64,000 bases of DNA from a virus (lineage: Duplodnaviria; Caudoviricetes), in the IMG/VR virus record IMGVR_UViG_3300020456_000177, positions 1,719 through 65,718 of that record. The stretch is one strand, 5' to 3'. Under the pieces are notes generated by a model, which saw only the letters and a list, made by a program, of their open reading frames with translations, was not told the DNA's origin and ran no database searches. Below are positions 28,701 to 37,626 of the stretch, piece by piece. How positions within the stretch are numbered: position 1 is the first letter of the stretch; every line of letters starts with the position of its first letter. The position numbers and the translations under genes were made by a program.

Positions 28701-29808
28701 CATTTTCAGCAGTCAGACTGGTTATAACACCTGCTACGATATTTGCTGTCAGAGCATCAATCAGATCAGTATCTAATGTTGTGATTGTTGCTGCAGTACC
28801 AGTAAGTGATGTGACAACACCTGCTACGATATTTGCTGTCAGAGCATCAATCAGATTAGCATCAATCGTAGTAATTGTTGCTGCTGTGCCAGTAATCGAT
28901 GTAATAACACCAGCATTGATATATGCTGATGGTGAATGCAGTGTTGTAATGGTGCCAAGACCACTATTGAAGTTGGCAATAGTACCAACACCACTGATAT
29001 CTAAATTTCTACCTTTTACTTCATCATATTGAATATCTCCAGTGACGTTCAAGTCACCACTGACATATACATCACCTTGGAATGTAGCAATCCCAGTGAA
29101 TGTGGATGCACCAGATACTTGAATATCAGTTACGATACCACTACCAATCGTAGCAGTTACGATGTCTGCAGCATTGGCATCAATCGTTGTGATTGTTGCG
29201 GCAGTGCCTACCAAAGATGTGATTACACCTACATTGATGAATGCATTTGTAATGATACCAATCTGCGATCTAAGATTAGTAATTGCAAAATTAGTTGCAA
29301 GACCAACACTGATATATGCAGTCGGAGCAACAAAGTTAGATCCAACAGATACAGATCCATTGACTGTTGCTGTTCCAGATACCTGAATATCGGTGAATGT
29401 AGAGATGCCAACGAAACTAACGGCACCACCAACAACTACATCACCCTCAACTTCCAGATCATTTCTGAATGTTGACAGACCAGTAACATCTATACCATCA
29501 CTGACACGAATTCTATCAATGACTCCTTGGTCATTTGTAGACAGAACTTTCCTAGGAATTAAGACACCTTCTTCCGTCAAGTCGGAAGGAAGTCTCTCCA
29601 TGTAGTATTGACCACCTACAGGAGAAGGTAAGGAACTTACACCTGCAGGTCCGTCACCAATATAAAGCTTTCTAAATGTACCACCGGCACCAATATTATT
29701 AGTGTCGTATACGTATACAAATTCACCATGGGATACACCACTTCCTACTGGTGCAACCTGTGGTAAACCTGTACCAAACGTTCTTTTTATCCTAATCTGA
29801 GATGGCAT
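25708..29808 (-). CDS. Fibre / adhesin-like virion protein (1366 aa)
   Basis: N-terminal IRIKR...GE...KLYIG fibre anchor; repeated G/T/V/I-rich modules; ~14-aa N.AxGYxA repeats resembling beta-roll adhesin heads. Confidence 0.75.
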   Translation of the reverse strand: MPSQIRIKRTFGTGLPQVAPVGSGVSHGEFVYVYDTNNIGAGGTFRKLYIGDGPAGVSSLPSPVGGQYYMERLPSDLTEEGVLIPRKVLSTNDQGVIDRIRVSDGIDVTGLSTFRNDLEVEGDVVVGGAVSFVGISTFTDIQVSGTATVNGSVSVGSNFVAPTAYISVGLATNFAITNLRSQIGIITNAFINVGVITSLVGTAATITTIDANAADIVTATIGSGIVTDIQVSGASTFTGIATFQGDVYVSGDLNVTGDIQYDEVKGRNLDISGVGTIANFNSGLGTITTLHSPSAYINAGVITSITGTAATITTIDANLIDALTANIVAGVVTSLTGTAATITTLDTDLIDALTANIVAGVITSLTAENAVVSGILTGTTFDSETATIDNLSVTGTTTTGQLNVTGISTFQNHVHLGDNDELRIGDSNDLKLLHSGVHSIIRDEGQGSLFVQGDADVRITDVGGNEVYGQFNKNSSVDLYFDNSKKFETTNEGVLVSGGTTTGTLNVSGASTITGIATFQNDVYIDGDLNVTGDLVYDEVSGRNINISGISTFNLVGANIATFNSVTTDDAFIQQGIVTSLTGTFSTITNMVATAATIDRLDVPVNLDVDGHTELDNVNASGIVTIAQLAVINEFDVYDTQAIFHNNVVISGNLSVAGTFANVNQANINVEANNIIMGITTDSANNDISSDTTANGGGIAIASTEGSPLVNLTVAGVTTTDILDNYKQIMWFKHNTFGVGTTDAFMTNYAVGVGSTMVPNDVRLATGSHHLYDRKIVTPNIDVTENLDVTGITTALRFQSYSGNSNSFYAGFEAGLTSDANSDYNVGVGYKAAYDLVSSDHNVAVGAFAIFGSANSNTFGNAAVGSYALQYLTTGDYNVGMGYYANRWVSTGFGNIAVGAFAQAFTTLTGSYNLSLGYQAGYKITSASGNVLVGAFAGDELESGSYNTFTGHSAGGSTNNNQNYNTFIGAYAGFNSDECDYVTGLGYGAGYNAEGDYSTFLGAYAGYAAVDTINSVYIGYQAGYDSEGGNNIALGYRAMYAHDGAGTQNIAIGYEALYQDGSNSAANIGIGYRALYGETTTTGDYNIALGYEAGDEVTTGSGNLLLGNQAGDSITAGGFNVVLTAGNFSTVDVKDTTGWGQLVIGSGSTAWITGNNSYNVGIGTDDANAKLEVLGGSIIDDLVGTAATITTLDVQNGDILTATIGAGIITDIQVSGASTVTGIGTFLSDLFVGGNLNVAGDITYDEVNGRNLNITGIATIANIELGDATNNTINSKTGALVLDSEIGNNVAINTHTNVVGFLSASDGIYYDAGDFDGPNGIAYFDTTGLLVSSAATTGGITTSNYFVTSDSAGVPVWTNVFDGGSF
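28726..28856. repeat. Intragenic tandem repeat, 90-bp period
   Basis: Identical 41-mer AACACCTGCTACGATATTTGCTGTCAGAGCATCAATCAGAT at 28726 and 28816. Confidence 0.9.
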
Positions 29809-30023
29809 TAGAATACACCTCCGTCTACATCAGCAGCAACTGTTGATGTATTCACCCATCTCTGAGTTGCAGCATCATAGTTTAAAACTTGATCATCTGC
29901 CAATGAGTTGATAACAACATCAGAAAGTGTAGCAAGGGAACCTCCTCCACCACCACTTATTGCACCTGTTGTTAATACCTTGACTGCATTTTGTTGGCCT
30001 ACACGTACCTTTATGTTTGCCAT
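29808..30023 (-). CDS. Small putative virion protein
   Basis: LATLSDV, QVLNYD...WVN, DGGVF; its C-terminus resembles the fibre's DGGSF. Confidence 0.65.
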   Translation of the reverse strand: MANIKVRVGQQNAVKVLTTGAISGGGGGSLATLSDVVINSLADDQVLNYDAATQRWVNTSTVAADVDGGVF

Positions 30024-30361
30024 TACCTAGTTACTCCTCCTCTAACAAGGACCGTTCCCTCCACTGCTCTCGTTTTAGTTCCTGCGTTTTCGATCACCAA
30101 GTCATATACGTATCTACCTGGTTTGAGAGTAGATGTCAATGAGGATCCCATCGAGACAGTGATAATACCATCTGTCAATGTTGTAGAAGTAGTAAAGAAA
30201 GGAGTACTGGTAGTTGCAAGAAAATGTTTTCTTATTTGCGCACTATGTCCATAACCCGTCAAGTCCAAAGCAGCATCAGAGTTTGTGTCAGCTAATGTGA
30301 ATGCCTGCTCAAAATTCACGCCTTGCTGTATCGATAAGTTTGTAACGTATACTGCCGACAT
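30023..30361 (-). CDS. Ig-like (BppU-type) baseplate/fibre connector
   Basis: NLSIQQG..F, DLTGY...AQIRK, LKPGRYVYD, RAVEGTV.V..GVT. Confidence 0.6.
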   Translation of the reverse strand: MSAVYVTNLSIQQGVNFEQAFTLADTNSDAALDLTGYGHSAQIRKHFLATTSTPFFTTSTTLTDGIITVSMGSSLTSTLKPGRYVYDLVIENAGTKTRAVEGTVLVRGGVTR

Positions 30362-30384
30362 TTACCTATAAGCACCCTATGTGG

Positions 30385-30392
30385 TATTTATC
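30385..30392 (-). promoter_or_regulatory. Late promoter
   Basis: GATAAATA overlapping the upstream stop codon. Confidence 0.55.
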
Positions 30393-30603
30393 TCGAAAGT
30401 AAGTCTTGTACTAATTCTTTCAGTTCTGTCAGTTCTTTTTGGAGAGAATCAACTTGAGTCTCTAAATTCTCATTATGTGTTTTCTGTTTCATCCTAATAG
30501 ATTTCTGACGGAGGTACTCTTTGTACCCCCGTTCATCAGTATTCACGATCGCATTGGTCTTAGGATCTCTATAGAGATTCTGAAACCCTTCTACTTTTAT
30601 CAT
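30388..30603 (-). CDS. Small coiled-coil protein
   Basis: KVEG..NLYRD..TNAIVNTD plus C-terminal heptads. Confidence 0.7.
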   Translation of the reverse strand: MIKVEGFQNLYRDPKTNAIVNTDERGYKEYLRQKSIRMKQKTHNENLETQVDSLQKELTELKELVQDLLSR

Positions 30604-33600
30604 GCAAATGCCAGTGTTCTAATATCTTGGAATGTTGGGATATCGGACTGGTTTGTTGTAGTGGCAACAACCTTAATAACATATCCAGTGAACTGTTCCA
30701 GGTTATCAGCAGTGAACTGATATTCGAGATAGTCCTCAGTTGTGAGACTTGGTGGAACAAGAATATCGGAATGACCATTATTCTTTGTAGGATCAATTAC
30801 TTCATCACCGAATCCATCACCATCATTGTCTCTCAGATTTTCATATCCAGGGAACATCGAGTAGGACTGATCAATCTCACTAGAATCTGCTCTAATCAAC
30901 TTATAGAGAACTCTGAAGTCAGAAGCAGCTGGTCTTACGGCAGTGAGAAGAACTCTCAATGCAGTTGCAGGTTGACGTAGATTTACTCTCTCGGAGATGT
31001 AGATTGCAGAATGTGGATCATCTTCATTGGACTTGACTCTAGCATCATTTGGATAATCCATCGTTGGATTGTCAATTCTGTTGGAATACAGTTCCAGTTG
31101 TGTTGTATCCAGGTGAATGATTGGTGACAAATATTCAGTATTGCTGCTGAATTCTACACCCATGGTGAAGGACTTATTACGTGGCAGACTGGTGGTTCTG
31201 GCATCTTCATTTACCTTAGATGCGATCAGTCTTGGTGTTCTCAGTTCATTGACCGTGTTAATACCAATTGCCTCATATCCTTGATCAAGGAAGGAGACTT
31301 CAGTGCCATTTACACTTGTACCAGATACAGTTCTGATTGTAGCAGTTGCACTTGTTTCTCCAGGAGTAACCAGACTGAAGTTTGGTGCAATGTAGTTGAA
31401 CTGAACATTCTGAGATGCTTCAATTTGTGCTCCACCAACCAGAGCATTTGTGTTGAACGAAAGTTGTGGTTCAGCAGATGCATTGTCATCTGTGTTTCTA
31501 TTAGATCTATCAATTTGCAGATAGTATTGATCAATGGTTCTATCAAGTGATCCCATGTCATGAGTCTTGTTGACTCTTCTGAGAGATACACCGTTCAACT
31601 CATACTTCTGTGCTCTATCATTTGTCTGATGAGCAATAGTTAAGGAACTATCAACACCTCTTGCAAGAACACTAATAGAACCAACACCAACCTGATCGTA
31701 GGAAATGATTTCATCATTGACTACCAGATAACCAGTGTTTGCTGCACCAACTGCAAGTCCTTCAAATGTATCCAGACCTGTAGTGCTGGCAAGAGAGATG
31801 ATATTATCATCAACACCCAGATTTCCAGAAAGAAGATTGAATGGTGTGTTTGGTTTGATCTTGGCAAGTTCTACCTTGTTATTGTCGGCATACATGCCAT
31901 GATTGTAGTGGTTGACACTAAACCATGTTCCATCATTAATACTACCACCTGTGATAGCACTGGAAGTAACTTCATTGTTAGATGCAACTGGAGTCCCACT
32001 ATCGAAGTAAGAGAGTCCAGCACCAACAGAGAAACCTTCACCCTGAACATTTGTCAGATACAGGGTATCGATACCCCAGAGAGATTCAACGTTGATAACT
32101 GCACCAGATCCAGCATTACCCATGCCAGCGGTAAGAATTCCAACAGTATCACCAGGTACGTATCCAGAACCTGAAGAGGCAACGGAAACAGCAGTTACAC
32201 TGCCACTTGCCTGAGTAACGTTAAGAGTTAGTCCAGTTCCATTTCCAGTGATGTTGTAGGTGCCTACGGGGTTCGATGGTGTGCCATATGCACTACCACC
32301 TGTCATAACACCACATCCACCAGCAGCTGCTGGTCCACCTTGCTGCTCAACGAATCCATATGTATAACCCTTAGAAGCAGAAGTTACCTTTCTACCAATT
32401 GCCAGTGTGGTAATACCTGTGTGACCATTGGCAAATGTTTCAATACCAACAGTGAGTTTCTTGGGATAAGTTTCAATGGGATCCTCATCAAGAATTCTTG
32501 TACCACTGTTACTTGTATCCAACTTAGGATTATAGAAATAAGCAGTTCCTGCGGTAGAAGAGAAGGATGCACGATATAACTTGAATGTCATATCCTCATA
32601 TTGAGAAGCATTCCAGATGGATCCATTCTGAGACTTGAACAGAGATCCAAGAGAATACTGAGCACTGTATACAACACCAGTAGCAGCAGGAAGTTGACTT
32701 GCATTGACAGTCTTCTGACCCATTTCTGCAATCCATACTTCATACTGATCGGTGTCAGCAAGAAGAACTAAAGCATACTCTAGGTTTGGTTCGAGATAGA
32801 TTGGTGATGGGAACTTAATATTAGTCGCAACGGTTCCGTCTCTGGATGTTGTGATCTCAGATGGTTTAACAAGGACTCTAGCATCAGGAGACACAAGAGT
32901 AGTTGTTGGAGTACCCAACTCCATGGTGCGAATTTGTACTTCAACAGGAATGTTACCAGGATCTTTGTTGCCGAAGAATACATCAACAGATGTGATGAAT
33001 GCACCTTCATCTTCAACAAGGAAGGACTGTGCCAGAGGATCAACGAAGTTAACTCTTACACTCTGTCTGGTGATAATTCTACCATTAGCAGTGTAATTGG
33101 TTTCTGCGGTAGAGATTAACTTACTACCTGGCAGAGGTTCTGCATTGGTGGGACTATTAGTGAGTTTGTACTCCTTAGTTCCTGTGGTAATTCTTACGTC
33201 AGGTGCAGGACTTGCATTGGGGTTTCTGATAAAGAAGCATCCCAGCAAATCACCACCATTATCACTGACTAATCTTACGTCAGATACATCTGCCTGAGCA
33301 CCACTATTCAGTCCTCTCAGTCTCATTCCAACTTCGACTCTACCCGAATATGCACCTTGTGCTTCAGCAGCCATTGCTCTGGTATCTACGTTCAGAACAG
33401 TAGATGCTACAGAATAGGATGTAGGTAGGGTTGTTGTATTGTCGTATGGGTTGATCGTATAGGAAGTTGTGGGTGTTGCAAAAGGACCTTCCTTGTGATC
33501 TGGTCTTGCAATTCTAAAACTACAAAGATCTGTTCCATCAATAGATCCGACAACAGTTTCTCCAACTTCAAATACACTGGTTACATTCTCAACTTCAAGA

Positions 33601-36600
33601 AGTTTGGGTACAACGTCAACTTCACCATTTCCATCAAGGAACTGATAGTATCTGGTATATGGTTTCAGACCAACAGAGAAGAAGTGAACGTTTCTAGATC
33701 TCATGAAACGATCAGCAACGTTGCTGACAGTTCTTACGAAACCAAAACCACCTTGTCTACCACCTGCTGCAGCATTAAGTGTGATGCCACCAGCCCAACG
33801 ATTAACTACCCAGAAGTCAGACTGTGGATTCAGACTAACACTACCATTGTAGAGAACAACATCAAATGGGTTTACGTTCTCAACTTTAGTTGCATGTGGT
33901 TGAGAAATATATTGCTTCTCAGTGTAGTCCAAAGTTACTACATTGCCAGTCTTCTTGACATTAGAATCAAGCAGATCATAGTCAACAGCAAGATCCAACT
34001 CATTGTCAGGAACACTAGTCTTAGGTGACAGCAAACCTGTCAGTGTTGTTGCATCACGGAATGGTCTCAGAATACCATCTTCTGGCAGCATCACAGTTCT
34101 GTCATCAATAAAGTCAGTGGTTGCAAAGTTATCAACAAAGAAACCAGACTTAAATCTATTCAGACCAGTAGCATCTTGAACTTGCAGAGACTGTGTTTCA
34201 ACTTCCAACAGGTTCAGTGCTGTTACTTCTTCCAGTGCATCAATTCTATCTTCCAAATTACCGATGTCACGCATCGTATATCTTCTATTATCAACACTAG
34301 AGATTCTTACGGTCTCTGTGTTATAGAGATATGCAGGCATGCTGATATTAGCAATCAGCATGGAATCACCATCTTTCTCTGGTGCCTTAGGTGTTCTATC
34401 AGGTACACCCTCAACATATACAAACTGACCAGTCTTATTCAAATAAAGTCTGTCAATTCTAGGTGCATAGAATGTATATCCAATGATAGAACTTTCATTT
34501 GCAGCCAACAGAAGTTTTGGTTGACTTGCGAAAGATCTAGAATTGAAATCAAAGGGAGATCTAGTAGCAGTTCCAGGATCAAATGTGGCAACTCTGGGTC
34601 TAAAGTCAAGAGTATCAGATGCTCTTACTAAGTTTGGTCCAATGTTTGGAACATCCATACCAAATCTTTCACCATCGTAACTTCCAACAGTGAAGATATC
34701 ACCCTCATCATTAGATGGTACGGTGTAGTTGTCATGAATTACAGTGATTCTTCTGCTAGGTTCTGGATATCCATCCTTTCTAACCAAACGTGAATAATCA
34801 TAGTATTGATCTTTCTGTCCCTTATCTAAATTAAATCTATTTGTGATATCACTATATCTTCCTGGTGTGATAGCAGAGATTTGTGCAAAAACGTTAGACT
34901 CTTGGAATCTAACATTTTCCTGTGTTCTGAATCTGTTCTGGTTTAGATAAACAAAGGTAATCTGGTTAGCTGCTTTAGTAACAACCTTAGCAATTGTGCC
35001 AGAATCATTTCCAATCAGATTCTCACCAAGAATAACACTATCATTAATATCTGCGTTAGTGAAGAATGTAGCAGTGTCAAGGGTTACTGCATTCTCATCA
35101 ATTGACTGATAGACAGCAAATACATTGGCAACATCAGGAACATTCAAACAGATCTCCTTGTCCTGAACTCTCAGACCAAAGAAGTTGCTCTGTGTCAAAC
35201 CATCATTGATGCTTGTATTGGCATTAGAACCAGAACTGCTGTACTTAGATCTGGTAATTTCAGCAGAGGAAACTCTGTTATATACTTTCTGCTTATTCTG
35301 AATAGCAGTCTTTCTAATTGTGGCAGTTACTGCAACGTTAGATTGACTATTACGCAATCCACTGATAGTTACAACGTTGGAAGAAATAGAGACTTGACTT
35401 TCTCTCAGTGGTTCAATATTACCATTACTGTATACAACCGAATATCTCTCTTCATCAAATGCTTCAAACAGGACATCAGTGAGACCAGTAACATCAGAGG
35501 CAGAGAGTGTCATGACACCACTACCATTGGTAGTCTTACCAGTGATCTGCACAACTGCTTTCAGATCAGATCCTTCAAAATCAACTGTGGCAATATTACC
35601 ATCATCAAGTTGAGCATACAGGTGTCCTTCACCTTCATTCTGAATTCTGCTCTTACCAGTGGTAAATTGAACTTCAATAGTTCCACTAGGAAGTGTTCCA
35701 TCACATACACCATTTACACTAGCAACTGCTGCCAGAGTCATGCTGAGACCATCTGCAGCAACGGTAGCAACTCTGTTGAATGTTGGAACAGTTGAACTCT
35801 GCTTCTGATATCTAACAATATCCCCAACCTTAAAGTTGGCAAAGTTGTTACCTGCAGAAGTGGTGGCACCAGTGTTAGAAATGGTAAGGGTATCGGCAAC
35901 ACTGAAGTTGACGGGTACTCTGAAATCTAAACTTGTATCTGCTTGGAAGTCAGTATTGAATCCAGCAACCGCACTAGTGTCTTGGAATACCATTCTGACA
36001 TCACTAGCACCATACTCCTTGACTGTAGTAACAGTTCTGGGGGTAATAGAAATGCCATTGATAGAGATAGCCTCACCTTGGATAAATGATCCTGAGGTCT
36101 GTCTCAGATACATCTGACTGCTACCTGTGCCAACAGTAGTAGCATATCCAGTAGCACCACTGCTCAGTCCCTTAATGTAAGAAGACTCTGGCAGTTCAGC
36201 ACCACTAAGGTTGGAGTTAACATTCAGTCTGGTGTATGTTTGAACATCGTACAGATAGCAATCAAATGTAGAGGATGCAGTTACAATACCAACGGCAGTT
36301 TCTGCCTTTACAGCATATACTCTTGCTTCACCGATTTGGTTACCTTGTCCACCTCCACCACCTGCTCTTCTTCTATCAAACAGTTGAACAGAACTCTTGA
36401 ACTGAGGAACACCAGTTACATGATTGATTTTGACGAGGTTACCCATCTCAAAATCAACTGCAGAAGTTTTGACTTCTTTAGTCTCTCTGGGTTTGTTTAC
36501 GTCAATAATTGTTGTCCCATTCTTCTCTACGTCAAATCCTTTGACATATGCAAGACCAGGACCTACCTTCAGACATGCAAGATCGTCTGTAGGAGTGTTT

Positions 36601-37622
36601 CCTTCAAATGTAGATTGATTGGCAAAATACAAACCATTATTGCCAAGTCTATCATTCAAAGAATTGAAAATATCTAACTCAAAATCTCTGACAGAATAAT
36701 CTCCAGACTCATCAAATGTTCTCTTCGCAAGATAGTCACGAATGATGTTGTAATCAGTATTCTTGATGATCTTTCTGATCTTGCCATTTTCAAGTCTCAG
36801 AAGTTCAATGAAGTTTACATCTGTGGTATCAGATACAGACTTCTTACCAAGGACTAATTCAATCTGTAATCTGTCTGCACCAGGTGCAGTATAGTTAGAG
36901 AATCCCTTTGCGTTGTCATACAGACTGGCATCATCTTTAATTGTTGAGATAGTCTCATTGATGACTAAACCAACTCTATATGAAGGAGTATTTGAATACT
37001 GCTCAAGCAGAAGAGTCTGCTTAGAAACTCTTACAAATGTTCCTCTGAGGAACATGATACCATCACCAATATGTGCAGCTGCACCGATAGAATTAGCATT
37101 TTCAGCAATACAAGTTGCGAAGGTATTACCCACTGGGATAGTTGTAGTGCCATAATCTACTGCTTCTAAAGTCTCAAGGTTTTCACCATCTGTAAAAGAT
37201 GCAAATGTATTTGTATTACCAGAATCAATAAACTTCACATAGAGTGTGATATTACCTCTCTCAGACTCATTCTGCGAAATGACATGCAGAACCTGAGCTG
37301 TTACGTTAGACTCTTGACCGACAATTCTTTTGCCAACAAAATTATCAATGTATAAACTTACATCACCACCTTGATGAGTCGCATCAATTTCAACAGCATA
37401 AAACTGATCGTCATACACCACATTGCCAGGAATGACAATGGATCCTTCTTTGAAGATATGACTTCCAAAACTTTCAATTTGATTCTGCAGAATAGACTGC
37501 AGAGTCGTCAGTTCTCTTGCCTGAATAGGAAAACCGGGCTTGAATAGTACACGGTAATAATCCTTATCAGGATCAAAATCATCATAATATGGGTTGACGT
37601 TTAGATTTGTCTGTTGTGGCAT
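30600..37622 (-). CDS. Large baseplate/tail structural protein (DUF4815/VrlC-like)
   Basis: NLNVNPYYDDFD, LFKPGFPIQARELT, APGADRL, RTFDESGDY, RFKSGFFVDNF, DPLAQSF, GSLFKSQN. Confidence 0.85.
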   Translation of the reverse strand: MPQQTNLNVNPYYDDFDPDKDYYRVLFKPGFPIQARELTTLQSILQNQIESFGSHIFKEGSIVIPGNVVYDDQFYAVEIDATHQGGDVSLYIDNFVGKRIVGQESNVTAQVLHVISQNESERGNITLYVKFIDSGNTNTFASFTDGENLETLEAVDYGTTTIPVGNTFATCIAENANSIGAAAHIGDGIMFLRGTFVRVSKQTLLLEQYSNTPSYRVGLVINETISTIKDDASLYDNAKGFSNYTAPGADRLQIELVLGKKSVSDTTDVNFIELLRLENGKIRKIIKNTDYNIIRDYLAKRTFDESGDYSVRDFELDIFNSLNDRLGNNGLYFANQSTFEGNTPTDDLACLKVGPGLAYVKGFDVEKNGTTIIDVNKPRETKEVKTSAVDFEMGNLVKINHVTGVPQFKSSVQLFDRRRAGGGGGQGNQIGEARVYAVKAETAVGIVTASSTFDCYLYDVQTYTRLNVNSNLSGAELPESSYIKGLSSGATGYATTVGTGSSQMYLRQTSGSFIQGEAISINGISITPRTVTTVKEYGASDVRMVFQDTSAVAGFNTDFQADTSLDFRVPVNFSVADTLTISNTGATTSAGNNFANFKVGDIVRYQKQSSTVPTFNRVATVAADGLSMTLAAVASVNGVCDGTLPSGTIEVQFTTGKSRIQNEGEGHLYAQLDDGNIATVDFEGSDLKAVVQITGKTTNGSGVMTLSASDVTGLTDVLFEAFDEERYSVVYSNGNIEPLRESQVSISSNVVTISGLRNSQSNVAVTATIRKTAIQNKQKVYNRVSSAEITRSKYSSSGSNANTSINDGLTQSNFFGLRVQDKEICLNVPDVANVFAVYQSIDENAVTLDTATFFTNADINDSVILGENLIGNDSGTIAKVVTKAANQITFVYLNQNRFRTQENVRFQESNVFAQISAITPGRYSDITNRFNLDKGQKDQYYDYSRLVRKDGYPEPSRRITVIHDNYTVPSNDEGDIFTVGSYDGERFGMDVPNIGPNLVRASDTLDFRPRVATFDPGTATRSPFDFNSRSFASQPKLLLAANESSIIGYTFYAPRIDRLYLNKTGQFVYVEGVPDRTPKAPEKDGDSMLIANISMPAYLYNTETVRISSVDNRRYTMRDIGNLEDRIDALEEVTALNLLEVETQSLQVQDATGLNRFKSGFFVDNFATTDFIDDRTVMLPEDGILRPFRDATTLTGLLSPKTSVPDNELDLAVDYDLLDSNVKKTGNVVTLDYTEKQYISQPHATKVENVNPFDVVLYNGSVSLNPQSDFWVVNRWAGGITLNAAAGGRQGGFGFVRTVSNVADRFMRSRNVHFFSVGLKPYTRYYQFLDGNGEVDVVPKLLEVENVTSVFEVGETVVGSIDGTDLCSFRIARPDHKEGPFATPTTSYTINPYDNTTTLPTSYSVASTVLNVDTRAMAAEAQGAYSGRVEVGMRLRGLNSGAQADVSDVRLVSDNGGDLLGCFFIRNPNASPAPDVRITTGTKEYKLTNSPTNAEPLPGSKLISTAETNYTANGRIITRQSVRVNFVDPLAQSFLVEDEGAFITSVDVFFGNKDPGNIPVEVQIRTMELGTPTTTLVSPDARVLVKPSEITTSRDGTVATNIKFPSPIYLEPNLEYALVLLADTDQYEVWIAEMGQKTVNASQLPAATGVVYSAQYSLGSLFKSQNGSIWNASQYEDMTFKLYRASFSSTAGTAYFYNPKLDTSNSGTRILDEDPIETYPKKLTVGIETFANGHTGITTLAIGRKVTSASKGYTYGFVEQQGGPAAAGGCGVMTGGSAYGTPSNPVGTYNITGNGTGLTLNVTQASGSVTAVSVASSGSGYVPGDTVGILTAGMGNAGSGAVINVESLWGIDTLYLTNVQGEGFSVGAGLSYFDSGTPVASNNEVTSSAITGGSINDGTWFSVNHYNHGMYADNNKVELAKIKPNTPFNLLSGNLGVDDNIISLASTTGLDTFEGLAVGAANTGYLVVNDEIISYDQVGVGSISVLARGVDSSLTIAHQTNDRAQKYELNGVSLRRVNKTHDMGSLDRTIDQYYLQIDRSNRNTDDNASAEPQLSFNTNALVGGAQIEASQNVQFNYIAPNFSLVTPGETSATATIRTVSGTSVNGTEVSFLDQGYEAIGINTVNELRTPRLIASKVNEDARTTSLPRNKSFTMGVEFSSNTEYLSPIIHLDTTQLELYSNRIDNPTMDYPNDARVKSNEDDPHSAIYISERVNLRQPATALRVLLTAVRPAASDFRVLYKLIRADSSEIDQSYSMFPGYENLRDNDGDGFGDEVIDPTKNNGHSDILVPPSLTTEDYLEYQFTADNLEQFTGYVIKVVATTTNQSDIPTFQDIRTLAFA

Positions 37623-37626
37623 TTTA

